Source: Botryllus schlosseri (lineage: Eukaryota). Taken from it: a DNA stretch of 64,000 bases. The position numbers were made by a program, and so were the translations under genes. Within the stretch, counting starts at the first letter, position 1, and every line of letters begins with the position of its first letter. The notes beneath the pieces were generated by a model that saw only the letters and a list, made by a program, of their open reading frames with translations, did not search any database and was not told the origin of the DNA. This document shows, one piece after another, positions 44,164 to 56,873 of the stretch. The stretch lies in the NCBI GenBank assembly GCA_051294905.1, contig CM119375.1:16306001-16370000 (forward strand), given 5' to 3'.

Positions 44164-45975
44164 CTAATTGTTACCACAGGACTGAACAATCATGAGAGAC
44201 TCAACAGTGGATGCAGATACTCTCCTCCGCTTTTTTCCTAAGGTATCCCCACAATCTTTTCCACTATGAGAGCAGCGTGACGCTGGAATGCTGAGAATAC
44301 CTTTGGCCAATCGGCTCAAAGTTGGGAATCTATGGCATATCGCTGAGTCAGACCAAAATTCAAGTGCACAGAATGCTCCAGCGGCATCCTGGTATTGATT
44401 TCCATGATAGTCAACAAAATTTTCTTGCAAGTAGCGAGTAATTTCATTATCCTGAAATTCCAGAAACTCGTCGTCGATGTCAGTACTTGAACTTGAAACT
44501 GAAGATTCTGACTTAGGAGACAATTTTTTGAGATAGAGCCCAGCATGTTCGACAACTTTTTGCTTTTGATCAGGAACTGCCCGCATGGATTTAAATTTTG
44601 GGTTCAAAAAGAGGGCTAGGTAATGCAGATCAGATATTTTGAATTCCGATACCAAACACAATTTTCCTCTTTTCTTCAAAAACACAGTCAATCCCTTTTC
44701 ATATTCATCATCAAATGCCATTCTTCTCAGCAACTTTTCTTTATGTAAAGCAACTCTGTGCAGAGTTGGTTTAGATTCGCCTTCTAGATCAACACTGCTA
44801 TCATTGAAGTCTTTGAGGAAAGAGATGAGCAGTGAGACCACATTTTCATCAATACCGTCCATTAGTTGCTCTTGGTTTCTTTCACTGAGAATAGGTCCAA
44901 TCTGATCCTTGACTTCCATATAAGAAATGAGCATTTGAAGAGTTGATCCCCACCTAGTCGCATTACTTTGAACCAATGAGGCGCCAAGCTTTTCATTGAG
45001 GTCACAACATTTGATGTAAGCCGCCAAGTCTTCGACTCCATTGATTGTGGTGCGAATAGATTTGACATAGGTCATGTCTTCATCGTCTTCTGACATGGGT
45101 GCAACAGTGGCACTCAGGTTCTCTACCTGCAGTAGATGTTTCACCACAGTAGCTATCATATGGCATGCGCATGGTACATGCTTATACGGAGCTAATACAT
45201 GGTTAATATTACTGTATTGATCGCTGACGTACACAAAATTCTCAGCCGCTTTTTCGCCAGTGAAGTCAAGTTGTTCACTGATATTTTCGATAGCTAGCCT
45301 GATAGTAAGACCTGCTTCTTCATCATTCATGAATTGCCGAACAGTAGCAACATTACTTTTGATATTCAAGTTTTCTCCTACATAATGAACCTTCAAACAA
45401 ATAAAGTTCCGATCCTTTAGATCCGTCCACATGTCAGTGGTTACGCCAATTAGTCCATGGGACTCGATAGCAACTTTTAGCTCATCCAATAGCTGGCGCT
45501 TACAACAGGCTGCTTCCTCATCCAGCCTACGTTTCACGGTAACTCTGGATGGTAAAACTTCCGTTGCACTCAGTTTGCCATGCTTCGCCCCAATTTCGAT
45601 GCACGTATTGGCAAACTTCCGTAGGCCCTTGCCGTCAACAGAACTCAGCGGTCTCATATCAAGCGCTATGAAGGATACCATAGCACTGCAAACCTTCTCC
45701 CGTGCTGCCTCGAGGACTTGTTTATTCGAAGAAAAGAAAGAGCTTATCTGCAATTGTGCTGTATTCTTACAATTTCGGATATGGTTGCGAAGGTGTGTCG
45801 TACCACTCGAATACTTGTGGTGTTTCAATGTACCATTGCAGATATTGCATTTAGCAAACCCAGTGTACTCGCCATTCTCGTATATCAGGGAGCAATCTCT
45901 CCATACATCACTCTGTAATCGCCGCTTTTTGGGTACTGGTACTAACTCATTGCATGTCGATGGTCCTTTGTCCAT
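44164..45975 (-). CDS. hAT-family (Hermes/Ac-like) transposase-derived protein, 603 aa, with BED zinc finger
   Basis: BED finger (SDVW...KCNICN...SGTTHLRNHIRNC), first Asp (VTTDMWTD), second Asp (VSDQYSNI), CxxH (CACH), TRW, ALFLNPKFK and dimerisation region (LEFW...FPTLSRLAKGILSIPAS). The expected SER Glu motif is absent. Confidence 0.92.
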   Translation of the reverse strand: MDKGPSTCNELVPVPKKRRLQSDVWRDCSLIYENGEYTGFAKCNICNGTLKHHKYSSGTTHLRNHIRNCKNTAQLQISSFFSSNKQVLEAAREKVCSAMVSFIALDMRPLSSVDGKGLRKFANTCIEIGAKHGKLSATEVLPSRVTVKRRLDEEAACCKRQLLDELKVAIESHGLIGVTTDMWTDLKDRNFICLKVHYVGENLNIKSNVATVRQFMNDEEAGLTIRLAIENISEQLDFTGEKAAENFVYVSDQYSNINHVLAPYKHVPCACHMIATVVKHLLQVENLSATVAPMSEDDEDMTYVKSIRTTINGVEDLAAYIKCCDLNEKLGASLVQSNATRWGSTLQMLISYMEVKDQIGPILSERNQEQLMDGIDENVVSLLISFLKDFNDSSVDLEGESKPTLHRVALHKEKLLRRMAFDDEYEKGLTVFLKKRGKLCLVSEFKISDLHYLALFLNPKFKSMRAVPDQKQKVVEHAGLYLKKLSPKSESSVSSSSTDIDDEFLEFQDNEITRYLQENFVDYHGNQYQDAAGAFCALEFWSDSAICHRFPTLSRLAKGILSIPASRCSHSGKDCGDTLGKKRRRVSASTVESLMIVQSCGNN

Positions 45976-46284
45976 TGTAAGAAGTGAATGTCCGTAAGTT
46001 TGAAATCACAGCTAAACCAGACTGGAAACTAAGTGATTTTCGAGAATAAGTTTAGCATGATAAAAGGATTTTTAGCGTGAAAGGAAAATCTTATCTGATT
46101 CATGGGTGAAATCAGTAAAAAAATTGAATGATGTGCGAAAAGAGTACATTGACTCAGTAATAATGCCAATCCCCAACTTTTGTGAGTGATTTTAAGAGTT
46201 TTCACCTGAGAACTATCCAGATTGAATGTAGCTTTTACCATGGCTATGGCTGATTTCCAGTGTTGCCACTCCAGGTTCATGAAA

Positions 46285-47335
46285 AAACACTAGATTTGCC
46301 AACAAAAATAACACCAGATCGACAAAAAAATACACTGGTTTTTAAATTTAGGTTGAATCTATTGCATTAACTATAAAACACGAGGGGAATGCATTGACTA
46401 ACACCAATGAATTTACGAGGAGACTTAATAATTGACGAATTGATCACATTTTCTGAAATCTATACATTTCCCAATAGCAAATTTGATTTTTTTTGGTTCT
46501 AAACTAAAACAGATTCTCGCCAATATAATAGGCCTATCCATTACATTCGATCCAATCCGAGCGAGAGATATATAAAAATTGGCAGAGCGTCATACACTTG
46601 CATATCAATGAGTAGTTTTGTAGCTTTTCCGCAGTCAAGGATCAAAGAAGGCTATACACAGAGACATTTTAATAAATTCAAACCTTCGAAGCCAAATTAC
46701 TATGGGCATTGAGCAAGCAAGAATACGGTATCCCATGCAAAATTAGACTTTAGCCTTATGACGAGACGCCATTTTCAATTCAAATATTGTACCCCCAAAG
46801 ACATTTACATCGTTGGCAACACCAGGGATGTATAACTGAGTGTATAATCCAGGGATGTACAGAAATGCAATCATTCATGAATGGGCCCAGGCAATTTGGG
46901 TGAATTATCACATTCGCTTCTGTCATCAGTTCGATTTGACGACATAAAACCGGTCTCAGGTTAGAATAAAAACAATGGTCAGTAGGTTGCCGTTTGGTCC
47001 GGTTTATCTCAATTGTTGTCATAATAACTTCACCTGTGCTAGGAAAACAAACTGCCAGTCGTGGTCTGGTTAAAGATTCAACATGAAGTCCCGAAAATGA
47101 TGTTCTCTATAGTCCGGTTAGTCCTGAATACACATCCGCATCGCCATTGCATAGGCTATTTATAAATGACAGTGTCGAAAATCATGGGTTACCGTATTCT
47201 CAGGATCTACACTCTGGGCACTCTGCTAGTGATAGAAAATAGAGGCAGCAACGCACTAGATTTGCAAAATGTTGATAAAAAATACACTAGGTAAAGCCAA
47301 AATATACTAAATCTATTGTAAAAGCACTAGCAGTG
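46285..47335 (+). repeat. About 1-kb dispersed repeat with directly repeated ends, copy 1
   Basis: Colinear with 49938-50886; an ACACTAG-rich block ending AATCTATTG occurs at both ends in the same orientation. Confidence 0.75.
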
Positions 47336-47438
47336 TCACTACCACTGACGATTTGATTTCCAATACAGAAACCCACGTGGCGCTCCAAAATCAACAATAA
47401 ACATACAAGGGGGAAAACCCGACGTGAGATCTCTAGAT

Positions 47439-47808
47439 CAGTATTTCCCTACGTCGGCGATATCGCCCACCAGGGGGCGATTTGGCGGCCAAGGGGGGGC
47501 GAAAATGACGAAGGGGGCGATAGGGGGGAGAAAATGGACAAAGGGGGCGATGACGCGTTAAAACAGCGATAATTGGAGTCAAGACGGAGAAATGACCTTT
47601 CTTTTAGTCAACTCACGGAAATTCAGTTGCAAAAGTGTAAAATTCGACAACGAGTCGAAAAGTGTTGACTTATTTTTTTTTTTAACTCAACATGTCGATG
47701 ATTACAGATTGTATAACGATTTTTCAGTTCACAAAATCTGGGGGGGGGCGATGATCGGCGTTGAGCTTGAAAAGGGGGCGATGAGTCGAAAAAGGTTGGG
47801 AACCACTG
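47439..47808. mobile_element. hAT (Charlie-like) MITE with exact TSD
   Basis: CAGTATTTCCC...GGGAACCACTG termini, exact 8-bp TSD CTCTAGAT, GGGGGCGAT subterminal repeats. Confidence 0.92.
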
Positions 47809-48200
47809 CTCTAGATCGCGACGCATCATTGACATATTGATCGCCATCATCATTTTAATAAAATTTTTATCAAATCAATACACCATAAGATTGCAATATA
47901 ATGAAAAGATAGGCGGGTACCGAAACGACTTGGAGTTGTCTTTGAATCGGACACCCACCTTGGCCTACAGCATGTAAAAGAGGAATGCGTACTGGATAAA
48001 AGAAAGGATAACATAAAAGTATAAACACAACAAAAAATGAATGCGGCATGTGTTGTGTAGGTAAGGTAGGCGATGCTGAATGTTGATATGTCAGATTGTG
48101 GTCCAGTAATCTTGAGGGCTTGACTTCCAAACTGTGACTTGATCAAAAACGAATTAAGGAATGATAATAATTTATGGCTACCATTCGTCATCCTTTAGGA

Positions 48201-49506
48201 CAGTGGTTCCCAAATGGTGGGGAATTCCCCACTGGTGGGGAATTCAATGATTTCAGGTGGGGAATAGACGCATTTGTTCAAAATTATATACAGGACAGTT
48301 TACATATTCACGGAGACACATGCGCAATTACCGTTATCAGTTAACTGCTCTGGAATGTATGTATCGAAAATTATATTGCGTGTTGCTCACAAAACCTCAT
48401 TTTAACTCTGGATGGCCAATAATGGCGTCACAAACGCATCTAGCACGACTAATATGACGTGAAATAACGCTCTCGCGAAATTTTGAGCGTTACTATGGTA
48501 TCGGTTCACAATACGTTTTATGTTGCAGTTGAAGGCGATTGTTATGCGTACTGGTGTGGTTGTGTGTCTTGTGTAGTCAAAACAACAGATAGCTGCTCTG
48601 TGATGACAAAAGTGCTGGTCAGTAGGGAGCAGGACCGTAACTGCCGCACCCCAAACCCCCCAATTAGGGGGGGGTGAGCTCGAAGAGGCCCGAAATTATT
48701 TCGTGCATTAACATAAATTAAAGTATTTTTTGGAAATTTACGCCACTTTATCACAAATTTTTTGCGCTGGACGCTCGATTTAATATCGCCGAATATCTGA
48801 TTATTCGGTACCCTTCCCCCACGAAAATACGTAGAATTTTTAGAAATGGAGACTTCGGCGTCGGCTATTACTGCGCCACGACGCACCAAGGCCATGTAAC
48901 ATGCACCTCCGAGAAGTGTGACAGAACGATCAGCAGCCAGTAAAGCAATACCAATTTGAAATCTTGTGTGCTTTTTAGTTTGGGCGATTTCCATATCTTT
49001 GGACATAGCAGAGGAGGTCAAGAAATAGCATTATGTAATGAAGGTAATATACCAACGGGTCCGCCTGAAAATGTTTAATTCTTATTGAGGGGTCCTACCT
49101 TTTCCAACACACCTCACTCAGCTCCACCGGTAAATCTGATTAGGTGAGCAGAGAGGGGATAAAAAATTGATAACAAAATATGCAATTCCCGATCATATTT
49201 ACCGATTCAAACATGAACTATAAAAAATTTTCGCGCTTCGCGCGTTTAGTACAAATAAGGCGACGCACTAAACAGTATACCAAATGTAGCTGATAAGTAG
49301 CGGGAAAAAAGCGTACAGGCTCAGCGGGGCTGAGGGGGTACTGGGGTGCTAAGCCCCCCCAGAAGTTATGTTTATCACCCTGTGGGGGCCCAAGATCAAC
49401 ATTTTTTTGGCGGGGCTGATGAAGTGCTGTTACGGTCCTGGTGGGGAATGAAGGCTCGGAATAAATCTGAAGTGGGGAATGAAGACAAAAAGGTTGGGAA
49501 CCACTG
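48201..49506. mobile_element. hAT MITE with exact TSD, carrying a nested element
   Basis: CAGTGGTTCCCAA...TTGGGAACCACTG, exact TSD CTTTAGGA, GTGGGGAAT subterminal repeats. Confidence 0.92.
48630..49440. mobile_element. Nested hAT-type MITE (family F)
   Basis: 12-bp perfect TIR CAGGACCGTAAC, flanks gtagggag/gtggggaa (6/8); second copy at 51355-52277. Confidence 0.85.
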
Positions 49507-49937
49507 CTTTAGGAGGATTTGTCCTCCTTCTGCAGGAAATCGAAAATGTCCTCAGAGAACGCCCAAATGTCCTCCTTTTCGACAATTCGTCCACCTTTCT
49601 AGCCGTGACAGTAAGGCTATACACGGCAACTAAAATTGTCAGAAATGACGCAAAATCTGGATTTCGACGGCAGAACCGTCATGAGGTTGACTAAAAAAGG
49701 GTTAACGTCAACCGAATTTACGTGAGAGCCGGTCTTTTTTATTTCAGTCAACCCAATAATAATTCCAGTATTTTTTAAATTACTTGTTTTTTCGTCCGCT
49801 ATCATATCTTTTGTAACTTGTAAAAAGTGTCCAGATTTTCGGATCTCCAAATTTGGTCACCCTAAATAATTAGATTGTGATAATAGTTTAAACCTTCACA
49901 AGCAGCAACCAATGCAGCCACTCGAGGTCCGTGAATA

Positions 49938-50886
49938 AAAACACTAGAGTTGCCATCTAAACAACATTAGATCGACAAAGATTACACTATAGTTTTGAAA
50001 TTTAGGGCAAATCTATTGCATTAATCCTAAAATATGATATGATTAACACCAACGAAGTTACGAGAAGACAACAAATGACAAATTCATCACGTTTTCTGTA
50101 ATATATTTCACATAAGACACTATTGATAATTTTCCCCATAGCAAAGTCAATTTTTTTCTGCTTTAAACTGAAACAAATTCTGGCGAATATAAATATAGTA
50201 TCCAATACATTCGATTGAGGGATATAAAAATTGGTGGAGCGTCATACACTCACATATCAGTGAGTGGTTTTCAAGCTTTTCCACTGTCAAAGGATCAAAG
50301 AAAGCTACACAGGGACATTTCAATAAATTAAAAACATCAAAGCCAAATCCCTATAGGCATGCAATAATCTCCATGCAAAATTAGACTTAAACGTTATGAC
50401 GTCGCACCATTTTTCAATTCGAATATTGCACCCCAAGACATTTACATCCTTGACGACACCAAGAATACATATCTGAGTGTATAAAAACTGTATATCCCAG
50501 GATTACACAGAATATGCAATCATTCATGAATATTGGCCAGGCAATTTGGGCAAGTTATCATATTCGCTTCTGACATCGGTTCCCTTTTTGGACTTACAAT
50601 CTGGTCTCACGCTAGGATCTTCACTCAACCAGTGATAGAAATGAGCGACAGCAAGGGATTTTCGTATTGGGTCTGTTCTTGTGCTAAATGAGCAAGTGTG
50701 GACGGATAAATAATTATTATTCCTGGAAGTATATATTATGTAAGCACATCAAAATAACATTTTCATTTAAATGTATATTTTTTCATGTCAAAACACTACA
50801 TTTGCAGAATTTTGATTACAAAAATACACTAGAACACCAGGTTAAGTCGAATTACACTAAATGTAGTGTAAAAACACTTAGGAGTG
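49938..50886 (+). repeat. About 1-kb dispersed repeat, copy 2
   Basis: Diverged but colinear copy of 46285-47335. Confidence 0.75.
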
Positions 50887-50893
50887 GCACCAC

Positions 50894-52356
50894 CAATGTT
50901 TCCTCTAAGCTCCGCACGTGCGCAATTGCGCAGTGCTGAAACGGTCTCTGCGCACAGAAAATCTAGGCTGCGCACAAAAAATCGGAAGTGATGTTTTTTT
51001 CTGGTCGTTGCGCACTGTTGTCCAAGGGACCACGCAGGCGCGCAGACTCTTGAAAAATTAAAGGGCACATTGCCTTATTACCAGGGGCAAATAGCGACCC
51101 GCATAGGTATTTCGCTCCGTGAAGAAATGTGGATTTGCAATCACGTGCGCCTCACGAAAGAAATTTTTCTTTTAGTATGGTCTCGTATGCGTCATCGATA
51201 CTGATATCATTTCAATAGCGCATTATTTTCTTGAAATGGCGAAACAAAATGGTTTAACGAAATCATAAATAACAATGGGTTAGCTCGAAGTTAATCTGCG
51301 AGAAATTAACGAATATTCTTCTCCCCGTGGCATGAACATTGCGTAAGATTTACGCAGGACCGCAACTGCCGTACCCCAAACCCCCCGATTGGAGGGGCCG
51401 AGCTCGAAGGGGGCCCAAAATTATGTCGTGAATTAGCATAAATCATAGTGTAATTATTCTGAATCTTTCAGAAACATTTTCGCGCTAGGCGCGATTTAAT
51501 ATTGTCAAATATCGTGATTATTGGGTACCCTTTCTCCAACAAAAAATATGCATGATTTATTGAAATGGGCACTTGGGCGTCGACCATTACCGCACCACGA
51601 CGCACCGAGACATAGGAAGTTATAGGCTATGTAACATGCGACTCCGAGAAGTGCGCCAGAACGATCAGCAGCGGGAAGACCTTGGCCGAAAAGGACTGTG
51701 CTGACTGAAAACTTCGATATATATACAAACATATATTTCTCATTGTTCATATAGGCGCCTAAATGACTGTCGCTGAATGTTCCTGTCCTGGCGATCCGAG
51801 TCCCAAAGCAAGACAAATACCATATCGAGGGAATATAGTATTTGCCAATAAAAGAATAGTACCAATTTCAAATCGTGTACAATCTTTTAGTTTAGTATAC
51901 GTTTGGGCGATTTCAATAACTTTTGACATAGCGGATAGGAGGTCACGAAATACCATCCTGTAACGAAGTCATTATACCAACGGGTACGCACGAAGATGTT
52001 TTATTATTATTATAGAGGGCCTACGTTTTCCAACACACCTCACTCGATCAGCTCTGCCGGTAAATCTGATTTTGTGAGAAGAGAGAGGATAAAAATTGAT
52101 AGCAATATATGCGATTCGCGATCATATTGACCGATTCCATCATGAATTTAATAAATTGTTCGCGCTTCGCGCGTTTAGGCTACACAACCACTAAACGGGT
52201 TCCCAATGTACATGACAAGTACCGGCAAAAAAGCGAAGATCCCGAGAGGTCCGGTTTATCACCCTATGGGGGGCCTGGTTTCGCACTGTTGTCCAAGGGC
52301 CTGCGCAGTGAGTTGGTGTATTTGCGCAGACTCGTGAAAAATTGGAGGGAACATTG
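50894..52356. mobile_element. Composite hAT element with a duplicated right end, containing a family F copy
   Basis: CAATGTTTCCTCTAA...GGAGGGAACATTG termini with exact TSD GGCACCAC; an inner right end at about 51011-51072 repeats the outer one at about 52284-52356. Confidence 0.85.
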
Positions 52357-52916
52357 GGCACCACAAGCTGCAACATCATGCATGTGGTAAACTGTCTGTT
52401 GCTACAGAGACAGGCAATTGAGTGGTCCTATTACGTCAAAAATATAGCAATAAGTCTTTCGCGGGAAAATCCATGCAATTGTATTCATGTTATGTTGACG
52501 AATGCTTTTATTAAATATTAATAATGGGGCGGGCGGGCCAAACGTCGCCACTCGCTATCCTATAAGCATGGGGCGTCGGTGTCTATCGGTAATTTCTGCA
52601 AGTTATCATTGCTCTGTGCGAGATCTTTCTCTTCACAATTTTGTGTCATTGATACCATGACATCCTCGTGATAACAATGTCACGGCGCTTACGTGGCATT
52701 CCGCAATCCCCACACCACCACTGCCGTGTCAACCCATTTACATCTGATAGCTATCAATCGGTCCGTTCCATTCTTACGAGTAATTTCAAGCCCAACGCAT
52801 CGCGCCTGACATATAGTCAAGGAGGTCACCTTGCCTTGGCTACCTTAGAAAGTGATTGTTTTTCATCAGACCATTGTATTTAAAATAGCAGTGACCAATT
52901 TTATACATCTCCACAC

Positions 52917-53420
52917 CAGAAGTGATGAGCATCGGACGGAGTCGGATAGGGTTCGGACCTGATTCAACATACTTTTGAGACGGTCGGATCAGATTCGGAT
53001 CAGGGATATAGAGTTCTATATATCCCTGATTCGGATTCTATCTTCGGATATTTTTGAATAGTTCTGACCGGACGTGACTTGCTATTTCAAGGCCAAAGAA
53101 AAAATCGTCCGCTCGACAACCGAACATCACGGACAGTATAAACACATTCTGATAGGACTGGCATCACTCTAAGTCGTTTTGTCCAACGTCCAAGCAAATA
53201 TAAATCGGCTAACCCTTTCCTTAGCCTTTGGAAAGACTACTCTGCTCAGATGTACAATTAGGTTTCTCCGAAAAAGTTATTCGATTCCGATTCTGGGCTA
53301 CATTATTCGAATTCGCATGAATTTTTGGATAAGATTGTTCGGAATCGGACGGTTAGTTCCTCAGAGGCTAGAGATGTCGGACGAATTCGGTTCTCAAAAA
53401 TAAATATCCGCTCATCACTG
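52917..53420. mobile_element. hAT-type MITE (TCGGAT subterminal repeats)
   Basis: AGTGATGAGC...GCTCATCACTG termini; TSD ctccacac/ctccacat (7/8). Confidence 0.75.
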
Positions 53421-54170
53421 CTCCACATCAGGCCCTCTCTCAAGTCTTTATCCCAAGTCCCATCTACGCCTGTCAGCTCGAAAGACTTTCGTTCAACAAC
53501 GGCATCTCGCGTGAAGGTATCACAACCCATCGCAATCGACGAGTTTACGCGGCGAACAGATAAAGTTGCATAGTGAGAAAATAATTTCATTGTCGCAATC
53601 TTTATAATCGATAGCATGCTTGGCAGTTGATAAACATTTGGAAAAACAATCACAGCTAGCGTTATCTCGTAGTAAGACTTATGCACAGAAAATTACAGAC
53701 TCGAATTCCAGTAATCTTGTATAGAAAGCAAGCAACACGAAGAACTATATAACCTAAACCGCATAGAATGAAAATGAGTTTGTCGAAAGTTTCAGTCATC
53801 ACATTGGACTGAGAGCGAAGTGCTACGCAAACTTTAATCCACCGAGCGGTACAAGGCAGGGCATAAAACGTTGTAGGGGGTAAAATAGACTAGTAAAAAG
53901 TGAATTCGGATCATGCATCTTGACAACATGGTGTAACCACTAGTATACAGGGTGTCCGGCATTTTGATGTAGGCTATAGTTTGCAATAAGACGGCGCATG
54001 TGGAGGTAGGTGTGTTGTTTGATGCCTGTTATATTTAGGAAATCCTCTAATAAGTATTTAAAACTCCAGACGACTCGCATCGAAATAACATATGGTGAAA
54101 GCGTGACTATAGCTATAACCTTGAAGACACCGAGTTTCTGGGTTTACATTCGGATTCAACTCGTAGTATC

Positions 54171-54447
54171 GTGGCGAGATAGCGCAGTGGTATAATCCGC
54201 GGCTGCAACACCAATGGGTGCGGGTTCGAGTCCGACCGAGGTCGACTTCTGAATTCCGATATCTAAGTGTTGGAGGTTTACCTAGGCTCCTCCTCGCCAC
54301 TTCATCCGCGTCAGCGGTGTCTTACAAAAAGCCTAGAGGTGGGCCGTGCTATAAGTCGGCAGTTACGGAAAATAACAAGAATATCGGCCTGGTGTAAATG
54401 ACCATAGTAGTCGACAAACACCATGAATACCCCAAAACAAACAAACA
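54171..54447 (+). mobile_element. tRNA-derived SINE
   Basis: A box TAGCGCAGTGG, B box GGTTCGAGTCC, (AAAC)n tail and exact 13-bp TSD AACTCGTAGTATC (54158-54170 and 54448-54460). Confidence 0.92.
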
Positions 54448-54546
54448 AACTCGTAGTATCCATAATTGCCGGACCAGCGTGCTTGCAATTGGTTCTGTAG
54501 CCAATTTCAAATTCATTTCGCGCATAAATCATCGCAGAAATTGCAT

Positions 54547-56873
54547 TCAAACCAGTGTCGTTGGGTTAAAATCGAACTGTTTACTGTCGACAATTCGGGC
54601 TCGAATTCTCTCATTCAGAGCCGACCAAATCGACCAACGTACATCTCTGATGGTGACTACACCGCTCGAAAACCACACCAATTCGGAATGCGCTCTTCCC
54701 AAAACATCCCGACCTTTCCACGAAAGGGTCAGTGTTTCACAGGCCAGAAGGTCTGCAAAGGGAGCTTGATTAGATGGTCCCTTCGCACGCGACGGCACGA
54801 ACTGCGAGATGTCCATTCCAATGACTCCGCGCCCGGCGAAATGCAAGGTCCGATTTCGATACTGCAGTAAAATATGAATGCATCTACTAAATCTTACAAC
54901 AGCATATAGGCATATGCGCGGAAATGCAATACGAGTCCCTCATTGGAAATCGACTCCAATCACTTTTGATACTGCAGGATCCGTAGCACACATTTGAAGT
55001 CGAATCAGATCCTTCGAATCAACAGGAATAGTCAAACTGTGCAATGTGCGTTTACTTTAGTATTTTAGATGTGGTCAGTAATGAAAATCATGTACTTTTT
55101 AGGACTACCCAAGTACATTTTTCTGATTTGCACTACTTGTGGTTATATTTCAGACTATTTCTACATCAACTGCACATTTTTAGGCAAACTTATTTGCTTT
55201 TTACACCTTTTTTGTAAACTAGAGAGTAGCATAGCATCGCTTTAAGAGTAAAGTTTTCGTAAAAATTGGCCGAAATAGCATCAGTATCACGCTAACTGAG
55301 TGGTTCCCAACGTGGGCAATATCGCCACCCAGTGGGCGATTTTGAGAAACAGGGGTCGTAAATAACGAATGGGAGATGGGGGGAAGCGTACGAAGTCGGT
55401 TAAAATGTTAGAACGACTATATGTAACCAATCTAACTAACTAATACGCGTGAAAAACGGGTTGTTTCGCCTCTGCCTCGAAAATCGCCACTTCAGCTTGT
55501 GATTGAGTATAGTTTTACACCGTTACTCCTACGTCGACTTAGCACCAACACTGACCACTTTGATCATCTCTTGTGCCTCCAAATATTTGTTCTGCCTACA
55601 TAGATTTAAATGCATCTCGCTGACATTCACCTTTTGATATTGGTGTAGATCTTCGTGCCGTCCAGAGTAAGCGTGAACGTTCCCTGGACCGGACGCACTA
55701 CCTCCATTCTCATGCTGCTGATGTCCATAACGTTGCCCACCATTTCGGCCAGCTCAACGAGCGAATGCTGAAACCCCAAGATCTTCATCACGAAATGCAT
55801 GGCGATAGGTGTATTATAAATTAAAATAGAATAATAAATAAATAAATAAAATAAAATACGGCGTAAATTATCATAACGACCAAATACTGCCACCAGTATG
55901 GCCTATTAAAAATTAGTAAGACGTTATCATTCCGTAACTCTACTGGGACACCGAGTAGAGGATTTACCTCCTGTGTATGTTTGTATCCATAAAAGAGCCG
56001 AAACTCGTTACAGTTTGCAGAATACTCAGAGCATGGGATTGGATTCGATAATAAGTACAGATTTGAAGAACTCGACCAGATTTGGATTGAGAAGCTTTGT
56101 AAATCAGGATACGGATTTGGAAATGAAACTGGATCCTGGATTCTCGCGATGCCGTCAAATGAATTCAAACGAGGAGACGACAATTATATACCAATGATTA
56201 TTACGAGCAGAGTTTGCGAACCTCAGACTAGTACTAGAATTAAAACTAGAACTGCTCACTCTTTCGAAACTAACAACTGGTACTGGTTGCGAATTTGAAA
56301 AATCGGTAACTAGCTAACAAAAACAAAACTAACTAAATTCAATGTCGAAGCAACTAACATATTTGACTATATTGGAATCGGATCGGCTTTTCACATGAAA
56401 ATCGGTACAAGTTTGAAATGATTGGGATTTCGAGCCCCAAAACCCACCCCGTGTCTACTAGGTATTACGCTACTGTTGGTAGTGATGACTCTGAATTGGA
56501 CTTGCGTTCGGAACTCCAAAACCGAACAGAATCTGGATTCGCAAACTTCTAATACACCAATATTTGGATTTGTAAAGATTGAATCCGATTCTCTGATAAA
56601 ATCGTGTCAAGTGCAACCATTGTGGGTAGGACGGTGTCAAATTGACGAAGACGATTCGGAGCATTGCAAAAACACGCGAAACATCAATATCACCTTTGCG
56701 TTGGGCGTTTTGCGCGCCTGCTTCAGTCGCTTTTCGTCGTCAATCAGGAGCAGTTGCAAAATGTCAGTTCCTCTGAAGTCGGTCTTCAACAGCGACATCG
56801 GTATTACAGACACGGTGTGGTAAAATGACTCTCCGATCTCGCCCGTGATCGCCACGTGACCCTCCATAGACCA
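54547..56873 (-). CDS. Unidentified multi-exon protein-coding gene model
   Basis: Exons 56873-56694, optional about 56135-55968, 55782 (or 55767)-55631, 55036-54973 (or -54964) and 54861-54547 join in frame with GT-AG sites: WSMEGHVAITGEIG...TPNAK / (ILGFQ)HSLVELAEMVGNV...TNIK / SLTIPVDSKDLIRLQMCATDPA / YRNRTLHFAGRG...FNPTTLV*. No family recognised. Confidence 0.55.

Noticed and set aside
45431-45997. 188-aa plus-strand ORF
   Set aside because: Antisense to the hAT transposase frame with no recognisable motifs.
54171-54245. Functional tRNA gene
   Set aside because: Acceptor and anticodon stems do not pair properly, and the body, tail and TSD identify a SINE.
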